Shown here piece by piece: positions 25,051 to 38,400 of a stretch of 64,000 nt of DNA (its first letter is position 1; every line of letters starts with the position of its first letter). The notes beneath the pieces were generated by a model. It saw only the letters and a program-made list of their open reading frames with translations. It made no database searches and was not told the DNA's origin. A program made the position numbers and the translations under genes. This DNA is from Camelus ferus (Eukaryota), in NCBI RefSeq assembly GCF_009834535.1, contig NC_045697.1:15440001-15504000 (forward strand), given 5' to 3'.

Positions 25051-26899
25051 AAATAGTTTGACTACAATGTGTATATGTGTGTACATATATTATAATTTAC
25101 ATATATATATATACACAATACAATATACATAATTCTAAATCATAAGGAGCAGTAAAATGTTATGACTGTCTATTTCAATTCCCTATATAGTGGTTGGACC
25201 AGAGTAAATGCTCAATAAATACATGAATAATCCATTCACATAGTAAAGGTATATTAATATGCAAGCCAAAAATTATTGCAGACTCTCTTTAGCCAGAGAT
25301 ATTAAAGCACCATTCATAAATCCTCCAAGCACATATAATCCATTTCTCTCCCCAGATAAAACTGTAAGTTTTAAGGACCACTGAAAACTGGTAGAGTTAC
25401 CTAGGTAACCCATTAAGTAAAATACATGAGAATTAAATTCTGATTGTAAGTATTTCTTTTACTGCCTGCCTTTTGAAAAGAGGCAAAGATACAGCATCAA
25501 AGCTTCCACTTAAAAAGTGGATGAAAAAGAACAGATGACTCAATTCTGAAACATCTAAATACCTGTCATCTTTCTTTTGAGCCTCTGGTTATTTTTAAAA
25601 CCACTTCCAACAATGGCCAGATGGAGTTCACAGTACTAAGAGCCAGGTGAGATCTATACAAGGGCAGTTACTTAAGTATTTTAGACTAAAAATGAGTTTT
25701 AAGATTTTCTGAATGACCCAGATAATGAGATAAAAAAGAGGACCCACTTGCACTATCTACTAAACCATACCTGCCAAAATGTTTAGATAATGGCTAAAAT
25801 CTGCTAATCTATGTGTTTCTGATGTTCTGAGTGGCTACTTTAAAAAAGGATACTTCTTTGAAAGATGGCCACATTACCAAATCACCAAAACATCAGGATA
25901 ATCATTGGAAAGTGTCAATTAATCATATGGGATGCGTTGCTGGATTTACGATGAATGTGGTTGATTCTGTTGCTTTCACTCTAGCAATCTGCCCTCTTAT
26001 TGGATAAGGGTGGTCATGGGGTAAGATACCAAAAAAGACAATGTCTGCTGGAGACCACAGTTTCCAGTTGAAAGGAGGAAAATATATCTCCCTAGATCCT
26101 GAGAAAAAGTTGGCTTATTTGATGTGCACTTGCACTGGAATTCTTTGTGTTGACACATACCAGAGTTTACTGTTAACACGTCTTTCATTTTAAAAATATC
26201 AGCTATTCAATCAAGAGACTGATCAAAGCCAATGAAGCTCTATGTGTGTGGTTCTTTCAATAGAAGTTAGCACATGCTAATGACAGATGCAATGTTGTCT
26301 TATCACGAGGTGCATTCAGCTCCTCCTATGAGACTGTGAACCCATTGAAGGTTTGGGGGTTGCAACTGGTTTTGACACTAACTGAGAGATAGACAAAGCA
26401 AGTCAGTCAGAGACTGGAATTACAACTTCTTATCCAAGTTGACAGTGAAAGACATCAGGGCATAAAGAGAAGGTTGATTGGCTTACTTATAGTAATTCAC
26501 CCTACAGGTCAGCCTACTCACAGGCGCAGGGCTTTGAAGCCTAACATTACCAAGCTGGTGAGAGAGGATACATCCACTCTGCCAGTGGGTAGTTCCCAAA
26601 ACAGAAGAGAGAGGAGTGAACTGTGCTCAATACCTTCTTCTCTAACTCACTAGTCATAGGGGCCCCGCCCCTGCCTTGGGGAAGGACAGTGAGGCACCTG
26701 CAGTGCACTGGGAGTGTTACTCTAACAAGAGTCCCTCCAAAAGGAAACAAGACACAAAGGAGGAAAAGTTCCACCCTCTTCCAACACAGGGCAGCATTCA
26801 TATCTTAGGTGTTGGTTTTCCTATCTCCAGCATCAAAAGCAGTGCCCTGCTCATTAAGTACTGATGAAAGTTAACTGTGAGTGTGTGACCTCCAAAGAC

Positions 26900-27105
26900 A
26901 GAGATCAGTTTTTAAAGTCAGTCTTGAATCCTGCTTCTGAAACTCTCAAACTGTATGCCCTCAGGCGACTAATTGAACCTCTCTGATTTTGTCAACTGTA
27001 AAATCCAGATGGTAAATACCTAGCTCACAGGAGTCTCATGAAGGTTAAATGTCTCAAGAGTTTATCCCGATGCTGGTCGGGGCAGAGGTGTTCAAAACTG
27101 TGAGC
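26900..27105 (+). mobile_element. MIR SINE
   Basis: ttgaatcctgcttctg...aacctctctg...ctgtaaaat...acctagctcacagg...aggttaaatg. Confidence 0.7.
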
Positions 27106-29406
27106 TACCTTCTTCTTTCCTCCCAATAAAATCTGCTCTCAGAAGAAAAGAAAAATCTGGCACAAGGCATCTTTTATGCTCCCATCAATGAGTTTTCCTC
27201 TCCCAGGGCCATTTATCTGCTTAAGCCCTTTCACCCAGGGTAACAGAGGTCTAGTTCAGTCAGCTGTGGTTGCGAAACCTTGAAACAAGAGGGATTTAGA
27301 AGGAGGGCACCATTCTGGAAATCTAGGCTTCTAGGACTTTTCTGTCGTCATTATGTCCAATGCCTCCTCCACCTCTGTACCATGCCTAATTCTTTGTTTC
27401 CGAAGGATTGTCATAGGGACACAAGGCCCTTCAATGGCAAGAGGGATATGAAGGATAATGAGGAAAAGGAAAAGAAATAAGAAAGATCCGTGCCCTGATT
27501 GCCTTGCTGCTAAAAAAAAAATGAAACGGGAACCAAGATCTGTGACTTAGCACTGCAGTGTTTAGAGAATTGAAACGTACTGCGCTTGCTTTTAATTGCT
27601 TCTTAATGGTACACGGAATTGCTAGACATTAAATCACTTTAGAGGAATGCAGGCAGAATTACAGAGTAAAGTCACCTTTAGTTTTTTCACACTAGCCACT
27701 CAGCAGCCTAAATGCTAGAAGAAGTCACAATTATTTGTCTTGTCTGGAAAATATTCGCAAGTAGTTAGACCCTACCCACAGCTGATGTCATCAGAAAAAT
27801 TAACGGCCAAATATAGGGGTCATTTTGCCTGAGGTACATAGTATATGTCAACTTCATTTTAAGGATAGCTTTGTAAGAGAAATTGGAGATTCAAAGGGGA
27901 CTTCAAGACCTATGTAGAAGCAGCTTTACGTAGTGGAAACAGCACAGCCTTTGTGAATAGGCAGGGCTGAATTCGAATCCCATTCTATTTCCCTACGTTG
28001 AATTTGTGTAGTTAATCTATCACGTATGCGCCAGTTACCAATACCCTATATCCCCCAAGCGTTCTAAGAGAACATTCTCTTCCTGACAACATTAAGAAAT
28101 ACATCGGTGAGCAGGACACCATCCTCTTTGCAAAGTGGACGTACTTTGGAGAAAGGTAGAAAGCACTGCCATTGAATGGATTCCCTTATTACAATGAAAA
28201 TGATGAGATCCCATGGTGGTACTTAATCACCAGAGGCCAGATGGGACAGCTGGCAATAATCTGCAGCATGGCTAACATGGAAAAGATGGTAGCCTGGCCT
28301 GAAGGGATCTTTGGCTGATACAGTGCATATTATCAGATGGGCAGTATCCCCTGGAGTTGGGCAACAAGATGTTCTCATCCCTAGGAATGATGTATATGGT
28401 AGCCCACTAAGATTCTACTTCATCCATGTGACACAAACTCCAGTATGTTAAACAAAACATTGACTCCTCATCTAATTTCTGTATCTTACTTCATAAATGT
28501 TCATCTAGATCACAAGAGCATATCCTTTCCAAATTGAGAGAAAAATCATTACACTTCATACTTTCTAACCACTGGCAAAAAAAAAAAAAAAAAAAAGGCA
28601 GGGCAATATGTAATAGTCTCATTTCATTTTTGGAAACATCACACACATCATATGGATATACTGTTCCCATTTACTTAATTAACCTGTATGGCTACCAGGC
28701 TCCAGAGGAACTCAGGAACTTCAGTTGAAGCAGCTATGCCATTTGACTCCTACAGTAGATAGGATGCTGCCTAAAATGTCCCTGGTTGGCAAGGAGGCTC
28801 AATGGAGCCTACTACAAGCCTTAGAAAGAGAATCACAGTGGGATGAAGCAAACCCATGCCCCTTTAGGCAGGTAGCTATTCTTCTTTTGAAAAATAGTTC
28901 TTGGCTTGCTTTTGGACTTCTGGAGAGACTGAATACCTCACCATGAAAAGGGTAGATAACTGTTCCTCCAAAAAGAAACTGACTTAGGTGTCCCCAGCAG
29001 TATCCGTGATCAAGGGGAAGCTAGATATACAAGATGAAGTAAGTACAAGAAGATCCTTGGAGGCACAAGTAAATTTGCATAATTAGCTCTCACAACCAAC
29101 ATGCCTACCACTGGTCCCCTAAGGTCCTATCAGGTCTTCCTCAATCCACATCTAAGCCCTCATGAAGAATTCCCAAAACCAACTGACTAAGGAAAAAACT
29201 GACTTACAGAAGGCTTTGCATGATATGTTGAGCTGAAATTGGAATGCTGTGATATTATAGCCTCATTTTGTTGAGGCCTGAAGGACATTCATGCAGGAGA
29301 TGCTCCTAGCTGGTAAAACTGCAAGAAGTACATCCCACAGTCCCCTATGCATGGAAAGAATGAAGGTCTGAGGTGAGTCATGGGTAATGGCTAAAGGAAC
29401 TGACTG

Positions 29407-29965
29407 TGTCAGGAAGGAGGAAAATTTCCTCTACCCTTCTAGGTGCTTCTGGCTGGTCTAAGAATTAAATTGATATGAGACAGATTTCAGGGGAAAAAAA
29501 TCAAACAAAAGTTTAAGAACATGTATACATAGGAGAAACCCAGGAAAACTGATTAACTCACCAAAATAGCCAAAACTCTCACCTTAAATACCATCTTCAG
29601 CTAAAGACAAAAGAGGATTTGAGGGTAGGGCTTTGGACCTCAAAGGTGAGGAAGGCAATTCACATGGAGATGGAGAAGCATTTTGGTAAATAAAGGTTTG
29701 CTAGGTCACACAGAGCCCATGGGACACAGAGAGGAATTTTACAACAGACTTTGCTAGGTTTTTCCCTGTCTACCTTACCTAATTCATCTTATAGTTATCC
29801 ATGCCGATTGTTCCCTTCCTGGAATAGGTCCTCTATCTACATTTTTTTAGGCACTTAGGCAGGTCAAAGTTTCTTCCTGACTCTTTTGGGCCTTGATTAT
29901 TTTCAGCTCAAAATAACCCACACGCCAAAGAGACACTTTAGGGTGGCAAAGTTTGCTCCCCTAGA
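29407..29965 (-). mobile_element. Solo ERV1 LTR, MER34-like, inserted in the ERVL interior
   Basis: Minus strand begins ...TAGGGGAGCAAACTTTGCCACCCTAAAGTGTCTCTTTGGCGTGTGGGTTATTTTGAGCTGAAAA, the typical MER34-family 5' end. Confidence 0.8.
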
Positions 29966-30318
29966 GCTAGTAGCACAGTCTTAGAATAATCAAGATTTGA
30001 AGTGTGGTATTAAGATTTGTGAAAGATATATTGGATAAACCACTCTGAATGAGCTCACAGTGTCCGAATATGTATGGCCACGTGAATGCTTACCAGGGCC
30101 CCCCGTGGCAGGGGCTGAGGGGAGCAGAGGAGATGTTCCCTGTTAAGGTCAATAAAAATGGTCTCCTCCATAGACGTCATTTCACCTCTTTCCTGAGCTA
30201 TGGCCATGATGGCTCAAAGTATCCACGAACCAAGTGGCCATGCGAAAACAAAATGTTCATGTGGGGGACATGAACTTCCCCCCACATCTGGCCTGGCCAT
30301 TAAAAAGGCTAAGTCTCA

Positions 30319-30640
30319 AATACTGTATGATATCACTTACATGTGGGATCTAACAAATACAACAAACTAGTGAATATAACAAAAAAGAAGCAGACTCACA
30401 GATACAAAGAGCAAACTAGTGGTTACCAGTGGGGACAGAGAAGGAGGGAGGGGCAAAGTAGGGGTAGGGGATTAAGAGGAACAAACTATTAGGTATAAAA
30501 TAAGCCATAAGGATATATTGTACAACACAGGGAATATAGCCAGTATTTCATAGTAACTATAAATGGAGTATAAGCTCAAAAATGGTGAAATTACTACACT
30601 ATACACCTGTAACTTATATAATTGAAGAAAAAAAAAAAGA
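30319..30640 (+). mobile_element. Short 5'-truncated L1 3' UTR with poly(A) and TSD
   Basis: Artiodactyl-type L1 tail (agactcacagata...aaactagtggttaccagtgggga...tgtacaacacagggaatatagcc) followed by poly(A). TSD gctaagtctca at 30308-30318 and 30641-30651, with a TT/AAAAA target site. Confidence 0.93.
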
Positions 30641-31755
30641 GCTAAGTCTCACTCGTTAACGACAATGACCACTTCTAAACTTGACATGGTATCACAGCCT
30701 AGGGTGCTGATCCTACTGCCTAGTGGGTGAGAACATGGGGAATATAGCCTGGCTTTCCCTTAGTTACACTTCTGTTAGCAACACCATCTTTGGATTTCCT
30801 AAGAAAAAGACAACCTTAGGATGATGCAGTGGCCTCTGGAAGATCCAGGATGAGCACCAGCTTGGAGATGTCACCTTGAGAAGCTAAGGAGAGGAGTGTG
30901 CGCTGACAAGCAATCAGCATATTGTGCTATTTCTCTCACAGTCTAAACCAAAGGATGACAGTGGGCATGGTACCTTGTATTTTTATACCAACTGACCTAC
31001 TTACAAAAAAAAAATTATGGTCTCTAGGACTCCAGGTTCTGCTTATTTATAGGTCTGAGTGCCCAGGAGAGTAGTTCTTCCATTGCATTTAGAACTTCCA
31101 TATGGGCATTCTGGGATCCTTATGTTACGAGAGGGACAGGGTTATTAACCATAATTACAATGGAAAACTGCTGTTACATAATGAGGGCAACGAGGAACAT
31201 TCTAGATCACTCTGCGTCCTTTCTAGTGTCTCCAAATCCACTGCAAAATGTTCAGGTAAGACTAAAGCAACTCATATAGGAAAGTCCACCAAAAGCTCAA
31301 ATACTTCAAGACTGTAAGCTCTGTTCATCCTGCCAGATAAAAAGCCCCAACCAACAAATGCATTTAAAAAAAATGAAATATGAAATGCATAATAGAGGAA
31401 GGGAATTATAACACCAATGGCTTCATGACTAAGTGCAGAACTGAGTTTCTTTTTGGCTCTGTATTTTTGGAATAAGTTGATTGTAGTTAGATTCATTACT
31501 TAGTCCACAGGTTATAAAACATCAAGGCAGGACTATGGCTCAGCTAAGGTAAGGAAAAACACACCCAGAGGTGGATGTCGTAACTCACAAGACTTTGTAC
31601 CTCCCCTTGGAGAACATACAGTGGGTCCAACTTTGTCTTTGTAAAGGATGGTTCCGTATGTTAAAAAAAAATAATGTGAGCACATTGGGCTACTACTGTT
31701 ATTTGGAATTTTGCACATGGAAAGGAATGTGTACAAAGCACCGAAAGGGTTGAAA

Positions 31756-32276
31756 TGGCAGATAAAGCAGATTACCTCATTTATCACCCACTCCTATCTC
31801 CTTTTAGGATTGTACAATATCTTGTACCATAACTTTCTGTTCTTTAGAAACAAGATAACGTATTTCCCAGGTCTTTTGCAATGAGGGTTCCACTCAGCAG
31901 ACTGCACTGCACAAGTCCTGCAGGGGAGGGAAGTGAGCAACGTGAGGCAGCAGCCTCACACAGAGAGGAGTTTCACATAGGGACCTTCCTGAAGCTATAG
32001 TTGTGAAGACATCTGGTTCTCCGGGGGTAGCTCTGATGGAGGTTCCACCCTGGCATCATAAGTGCAAGTGGCAGATGGCAGATGGCTGTGGGAGTTTACC
32101 TGGAGCAGTCCCATCGGGTGGCTGGGTGACTACCTTTCTGTTTTGCTCTAGACTGGGCAGCAGGCAAGCCTAATTCCCTGACCTTCTGGAATATTCCTCA
32201 TGCTACTAAATACCTGTTAATAAATCTCTAGGTACAATCTTTCTGTTACTTGTAATCATGAGTCCTGGCCAATAAA
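31756..32276 (+). mobile_element. ERVL LTR (LTR33/LTR41-like), probably the 3' LTR of the upstream provirus
   Basis: Follows the purine tract gaaagggttgaaa. Contains tatttcccaggtcttttgcaa and ttaataaatctct...ttctgttacttgtaa...gagtcctg. Confidence 0.6.
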
Positions 32277-33030
32277 ATACTTCTTCACATAAATGGATTC
32301 TTTCAAAGTCATAAATTTTATAATTCTTCCTTAATAACATGTCACAAACAGAATTCTATAATTATTTTTTTCTTTTTCTCCTGAGAAAAATTTAGATGTG
32401 ATTTTGAAACAGTAAATTGCACATTTTGGCTGAATGGTTCTATGAGTTTTGACAAACATCGACAACTGTGTAACCCTTGTCCGTATCCAGAAATGGAATA
32501 CTTCCATCACCCCAGCAAGTCCCCTCATGCCTTTCAAAGTGAATCCTCCTCCTGCAGAGAACACCCGACTTATTTCTACTATAATAGATCAGTGTTGCCT
32601 GTTCCAAAACTTCTCATAAATAGAATTACACATCAAATACACATGCATCTGACCCCTATTATTTAGGATAATGTTTTTGTGATTCATCGATGTTACTGTG
32701 TGTATGAGCTGATTACTCAGCTTTATTGCTGAAATGAATGACTGACACAATTTGCTGATCCATTCTCCTGTCCATTGCTTGGGTATTCTGAATAAAGTGG
32801 CCATAAATATTTTTGTGCAAGTCTTTCTATGAACATGAGTTTTCATTTCTCTCAGCTAAATACCTAGGAGTGCACTTGCTGGCATATAGAGTAGGCAAAG
32901 GTTTAAGATCAGAAGAACCTTCCAAACTGTTTTCCAAGATTGCTGGTGAAACTGTCTAATGGTACAACCATGTCTGAAAGTTCCAGTTGCCCCATATCCT
33001 CACCAACATTTGCTTCCCTCAGTAGTTTTT

Positions 33031-34668
33031 GGAGTTTTAACATTTTTTATTGATTTATAATCATTTTACAACGTTGTGTCAAATTTCACTGTAGAGCACA
33101 ATTTTTCAGTTATACATGAACATATATATATTCACTGTCATATTTTTTTCTCCATGAGCTACCATAAGATCTTGTGTATATTTCCCCGTGCTATACAGTA
33201 TAATCTTGTTTATCTATTCTACAGTCTTGAAATCCCGTCTATCCCTTCCCACCCTCTGCCCCCTTGGCAACCACAAGTTTGTATTCTATGTCTATGTCTG
33301 TTTCTGTTTTGTATTTATGCTTTGTTTGTTTGTTTTTTTTTAGATTCCACATATGAGTGATCTCATATGGTATTTTTCTTTCTCTTTCTGGCTTACATCA
33401 CTTAGAATGACATTCTCCAGGAGCATCCATGTTGCTGCAAATGGTGTTATGTTGTCGGTTTTTATGACTGAGTCGTATTACATTGTATAAATATACCACT
33501 ACTTCTTTATCCAGTCATCCATTGATGGACACTTAGGCTGTCTCCATGTCTTGGCCATTGTAAATAGTGCTGCTATGAACATTGGGGTGCAGGTGTCATC
33601 CTGAAGTAGGGTTCCTTCTGGATATATGCCCAGGAGCGGGATTCCTAGGTCATACGGTAAGTCTATTCCTAGTCTTTTGAGGAATCTCCATACTGTTTTC
33701 CACAGTGGCTGCACCAAATTGCATTCCCACCAGCAGTGAAGGAGAGTTCCCCTTTCTCCACAGCCTCTCCAGCATTTATCATTTGTGGATTTTTGAATGA
33801 TGGCCATTCTGACTGGTGTGAGGTGATATCTCACTGTAGTTTTGATTTGCATTTCTCTGATAATTCGTGATATGGAGCATTTTTTTATGTGCCTATTGAT
33901 CATTTGTATGTCTTCCTTGGAGAATTGCTTGTTTAGGTCTTTTGACCATTTTTGGATTGGGTTGTTTGGTTGTTTCTTATTAAGTCATATGAGCTGCTTA
34001 TATATTCTGGAGATCAAGTCTTTGTCGGTTTCATCTGCAAAAATGAAATGTGAATATCCCATTCCGTAGGTTGTCATTTTGTTTTACTTATGGTTTCCTT
34101 TGCTGTGCAGAAGCTTGTAAGTTTCATTAGGTCCCATTTGTTTATTCTTGCTTTTATTTTTATTGCTTGAGTAGACTGTTCCAGGAGAACATTTTTGAGG
34201 TGTATGTCAGATAATGTTCTGCCTATATTTTCTTCTAGGAGGGTTATTGTATCTTGTCTTATGTTTAAGTCTTTGATCCATTTTGAGTTTTTTTTTGGTA
34301 TGGTGTAAGGGAGTGTTCTAGCTTCATTGCTTTACATGCTGCTGTCCAGTTTTCCCAACACCATTTGCTGAAGAGACTGTCCTTATTCCATTGTATATTC
34401 TTGCCCCCTTTGTCGAAGATTAGTTGACCAAAAGTTTGTGGGTTCATTTCTGGGCTCTCTATTCTGTTCCATTGGTCTATATGTCTGTTTTTGTACCAAT
34501 ACCATGCTGTCTTGATGACTGTAGCTCTATAGTATTGTCTGAAGTCTGGGAGAGTTATTCCTCCAGCCTCTTTCTTTCTCTTCAGTAATGCTTTGGCAAT
34601 TCTAGGTCTTTGATTGTTCCATATAAATTTTATTATGATTTGTTCTAGTTCTGTGAAATATGTCCTGG
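33031..34668 (-). mobile_element. Young L1 (LINE-1), 3' segment: ORF2 C-terminal part and 3' UTR of a twin-primed insertion
   Basis: Minus-strand ORFs read [28 protein letters not shown]...[36 protein letters not shown] and [19 protein letters not shown] (the L1 ORF2 CCHC knuckle). A minus-strand AATAAA lies near 33045-33050. Left TSD ccctcagtagttttt at 33016-33030. Confidence 0.97.
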
Positions 34669-35106
34669 ATCCAAATTGGAAAAGAAGAGGTAAAAGTGTC
34701 ACTATATGCTGACGATATGTTACTATATATAGAAAACCCGAAAAGGTCCACACAAAAACTACTAGAGCTGATTGAAGAATTCAGCAAGGTAGCAGGTTAC
34801 AAGATTAATGTTCAAAAATCAGTTGCATTTCTTTACACTAATGATGAATCAACAGAAAAAGAAAGTAAAGAAACAATCACCTTTAAAATAGCACCCAAAG
34901 TAATAAAATACCTAGGAATAAATCTAACCAAGGAGGTGAAAGAATTATACACAGAAAACTATAAACCATTGATGAAGGAAATTAAAGAAGACTTTAAAAA
35001 ATGGAAAGATATCCCATCCTCTTGGATTGGAAGAATCAATATTGTTAAAATGGTCACACTGCCCAAGGCAATCTACAGATTTAATGCAATCTCTATCAAA
35101 TTACCC
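34669..35106 (+). mobile_element. Inverted 5' segment of the same L1: ORF2 reverse-transcriptase core
   Basis: Plus-strand frame [25 protein letters not shown]...[13 protein letters not shown]...[12 protein letters not shown]...[10 protein letters not shown]...[11 protein letters not shown]. It ends in the right TSD ccctcagtagttttt at 35104-35118. Confidence 0.97.
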
Positions 35107-35375
35107 TCAGTAGTTTTTAATTTTAGCCATTCTAGAGAGAGTATAGTGGTATGTCACTGTGGCTTTAATTTGCATTTTCATTTGCATTTCCCTGATTATT
35201 ACAATATTGACTACATGTTCATGTGTTTATTGGCCACTTTACATCTTCCTTCATGAAGAGTCTGCTGAAGTATTTTCTATATTTTTAAGTTGGGTTGTTC
35301 AGAAGAGTCCTTTATCATCTGGATATAAATCCTTTATCAGATACATATACACACATATGTGTATGTATATGTGTA

Positions 35376-35380
<5 letters not shown>

Positions 35381-35422
<42 letters not shown>
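35381..35422. repeat. (GT)21 microsatellite with a degenerate TA/TG lead-in
   Basis: Read directly from the sequence. Confidence 0.97.
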
Positions 35423-35425
<3 letters not shown>

Positions 35426-38400
35426 GCAAATATATTCCCTCAGTCAATGACCCACATATTCATTTTCTTAACAGAATGTTTTGATGAATGAAGTTTTTAA
35501 TTTTCATAAAGTTCAATTTATCATTTAGCATACACTAACTTCTGTGCCATCTGAAAATTCTCTGCCTACTCCAGAATCAGAAACACATTCTCCTTGTTTT
35601 TTTCCTAGCAGCACAACAGTTCTAGGTTTTATGTTTATGTGTACGACTCAAAATGAATATATTTTTTGTGTAAGATGGGGAAGTAGGAGTTAAAGTTCAT
35701 TTTCTTTCATGTGAATATCCAGTTGTTTAGAGCTCTGATTGGTGAACAGAAGTTCTTTTCACACCTAAATTGTTCTGGCACCTCTGTGGTCAATCAAGTG
35801 AATATATATGTGTGGGTCTATTTATTTTCCATTGTTCTTTTTGTCTATATTTATGCCAGAACTACACTTTTTAGATTATTATAGCTTTATAAATACTGTC
35901 TGGAAATTAAGTAGTGTAAGTCATCAAATTTCTTTCTTTTTCAAAATTGTCTTGGTTATTCTAGGTCCTTTGCACTTTCATGTAATTTCTTAGAATCACT
36001 TTGTCAACTTATAGCAAAAAGTTTGCTAAGATTTTGATTGAGGTTGCATGAAATTTATAGAGCATTTTGAGGATAATATCTTAACACTACTGGACCTTCC
36101 AGCCTAATATTATGATGTATCTCTCCTCTTATTTAGTCCTTCAATTAGAATTACCTTATTTGCAGTTTATAAGTCTTCCATGTCTAGCATTACTTTTATT
36201 TACTAGTATTTCATGTTTTTGTATTATTGAAAATGGTATTATTTTATATTTTATTTTCCAATTATTCACTGATAAAAAAATAGAAATACAATTAATTTAA
36301 CCCTACTAAATTCACTTACTGGGGTTTTTTTTTTGTGGTTTATTTGTAGATTCCTTGGAATTTTCTACATGGAAAAAAATCATATCATTTGAGGATAAAG
36401 ACAATTTTATTTTTTCCCTGTCTGACCTGTATGGCTTTGTGGTCATATTCTTCCTTCCACTGGTTAGGACTTGAGTATAATGTTGAATGATGAGAGTAGG
36501 TGATGAGTGAGAGTAGAATCCTCGCATTCTTTGGGAATACAGGACCAAGAGATTTAAGGTTTCACCATTATCATGTCAGCTGAGATTTTTTTTTATTTTT
36601 TGAAGACATCCTTTATCAGATTGAGGACGTTCTCCTTAATTCCTAGTTTGGTGACAGTTTGCTATCATGAACGTGTGTTGAACTTTTGAAAAAGTTTTCC
36701 CTCATTTATTAAAATGATCATATTATTTTTCTCCTTTAGTCCACTAGTTTGATAAATTACACAGAGCTTTGGATGTTGAAACAATCTTACATTTTTTGAA
36801 TAAACTCCATTTTGTCGTGCTGTATTGTGCTTCTTACATATTGCTGATTTCATCTGCTAATATTCAGTTCATCTATGTTTATGATGTATATTTGTATATT
36901 TGTATCTCATGAATACAGACACTCCTGTAAGGTCTGGTCAGGTTGGTGCTGCGTTAATATCTTCTGCATGTGTCTGTCGATGCTTGATACTGTTTCCTCT
37001 TTACATGCTTGATTAAATTCACCAGTATGTGATGTGGAGCTTTCTTTCTAGAAGACTTAAAATTATGAATTCAATTTACTTAACAAATACAGGGCTATTT
37101 GATTTTGTTTTCCTCTATGTTTCTGTTTTAAAAATGTGTCCCTCAAGGAATTAGTTCATTTAATTTAAATAATCAAATTTATTGTCAGAGTGTATTCACG
37201 TTATTCGTATCATTCCTTTCCTATCCTTTAAATATCTTTAGGATTTGTGGTAATGTCCATCGTTACTGATACTGATAACTGTGCTTCCCTCTTTTTCCTT
37301 GATCAGTTTATCAGGGAGTTAAGAATTTTATTAAACTTTTCAAAGAAATCACTTTGAATTTTATTAGTTATCTCCAGTTTTATTCATTTTATTGATTTCT
37401 ACTTCTTTAAGTATTTTCTTTCTTTCTACTTATTTTGGGTCTTTCTAATTTCCCAAAGTGGATTAATTCCAAACCTTTTACTTCCTTACATAAACATTTA
37501 AAATGTCAACAGTGCTTTAGCTGTATTCACACATTTTGATATATAGTCTTTTCCTTACCACACAGTTTGAAATGTTTTCTAAATATCTCTATGATTTTAC
37601 AGTTTATGTATAAGTATGTTACTTAATTTCCAAATATTTGAGAATTTTCTAGATATCTTCTTTATTGATTTCTAATTTTGGTCAAAGAATATAAATTCTT
37701 AGAAACTAACTCGGACATTTTTGATAGCCCTAGCATATGATCTACCTTTACAATGTTTCATATGCACTTCAAAATAATTTGTGTTCTGCAGTTTTGGGGA
37801 GTACTGCTCCCCATATATAAATGAGACTTGCAAAGCTGGTGGCACTATTTAATTGTCCTATACTTCATAACAAAATTTTTTGTTTAATTGTTCTATCAAT
37901 TAATGAGGAGTGTTAAAAGTCACAAGCTGCAATTGTGGATGTGTCTATTTTAAGCTCTGTTTTAGGTGCATACACACCTTTACAATTGTACCTTTGTGAC
38001 GAATTAACTCTTTAAACATTTTTAAAATTTATACTGTCATATTCAATACCTTGAAATCTACTTTGATGTTAATATGATCACTCTGAGTATCTTTTGAGTA
38101 GTGTTTCATGGTGTTACATTTTCCCATCATTTTACTTTTAGCCTGACATTTAAAATGCATCTCTTATAATAGCACGTAATCAGACTTTGCTTCTGATTCC
38201 CTATTGTCAGTCTCTGCCAATTAGTTGGAGTGTTCACTCCATTTATACTTAATGTAATTATCGATATAATTGAGTCTTTAGCAACCATCTTGCTGTTAGT
38301 TTCCTGTTCTCCCATCTGTCTTTGCTTTTTTTTCTTTCCTACTTTAATTTGGATAAATCAGTCCATTTTACATAAGTATTCATTTTTACCTACACTATTA

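Larger units (their letters stand above)
28050..31755 (+). mobile_element. Decayed ERVL-class internal region (pol remnants)
   Basis: From 28877 it translates YSSFEK*FLACFWTSGETEYLTM (ERVL consensus YSPFEKQLLACYWALVETERLTM). HVNAYQ (~30080) is RNase H-like. From 30209, MAQSIHEPSGH matches the integrase HHCC start IAQWAHEQSGH. Confidence 0.75.

Noticed and set aside
34660..35256. 198-aa ORF with a YADD motif as a novel stand-alone reverse transcriptase
   Set aside because: It is the inverted fragment of an L1 ORF2 running into flanking old L1 sequence. It is truncated and lacks the N-terminal RT subdomains.
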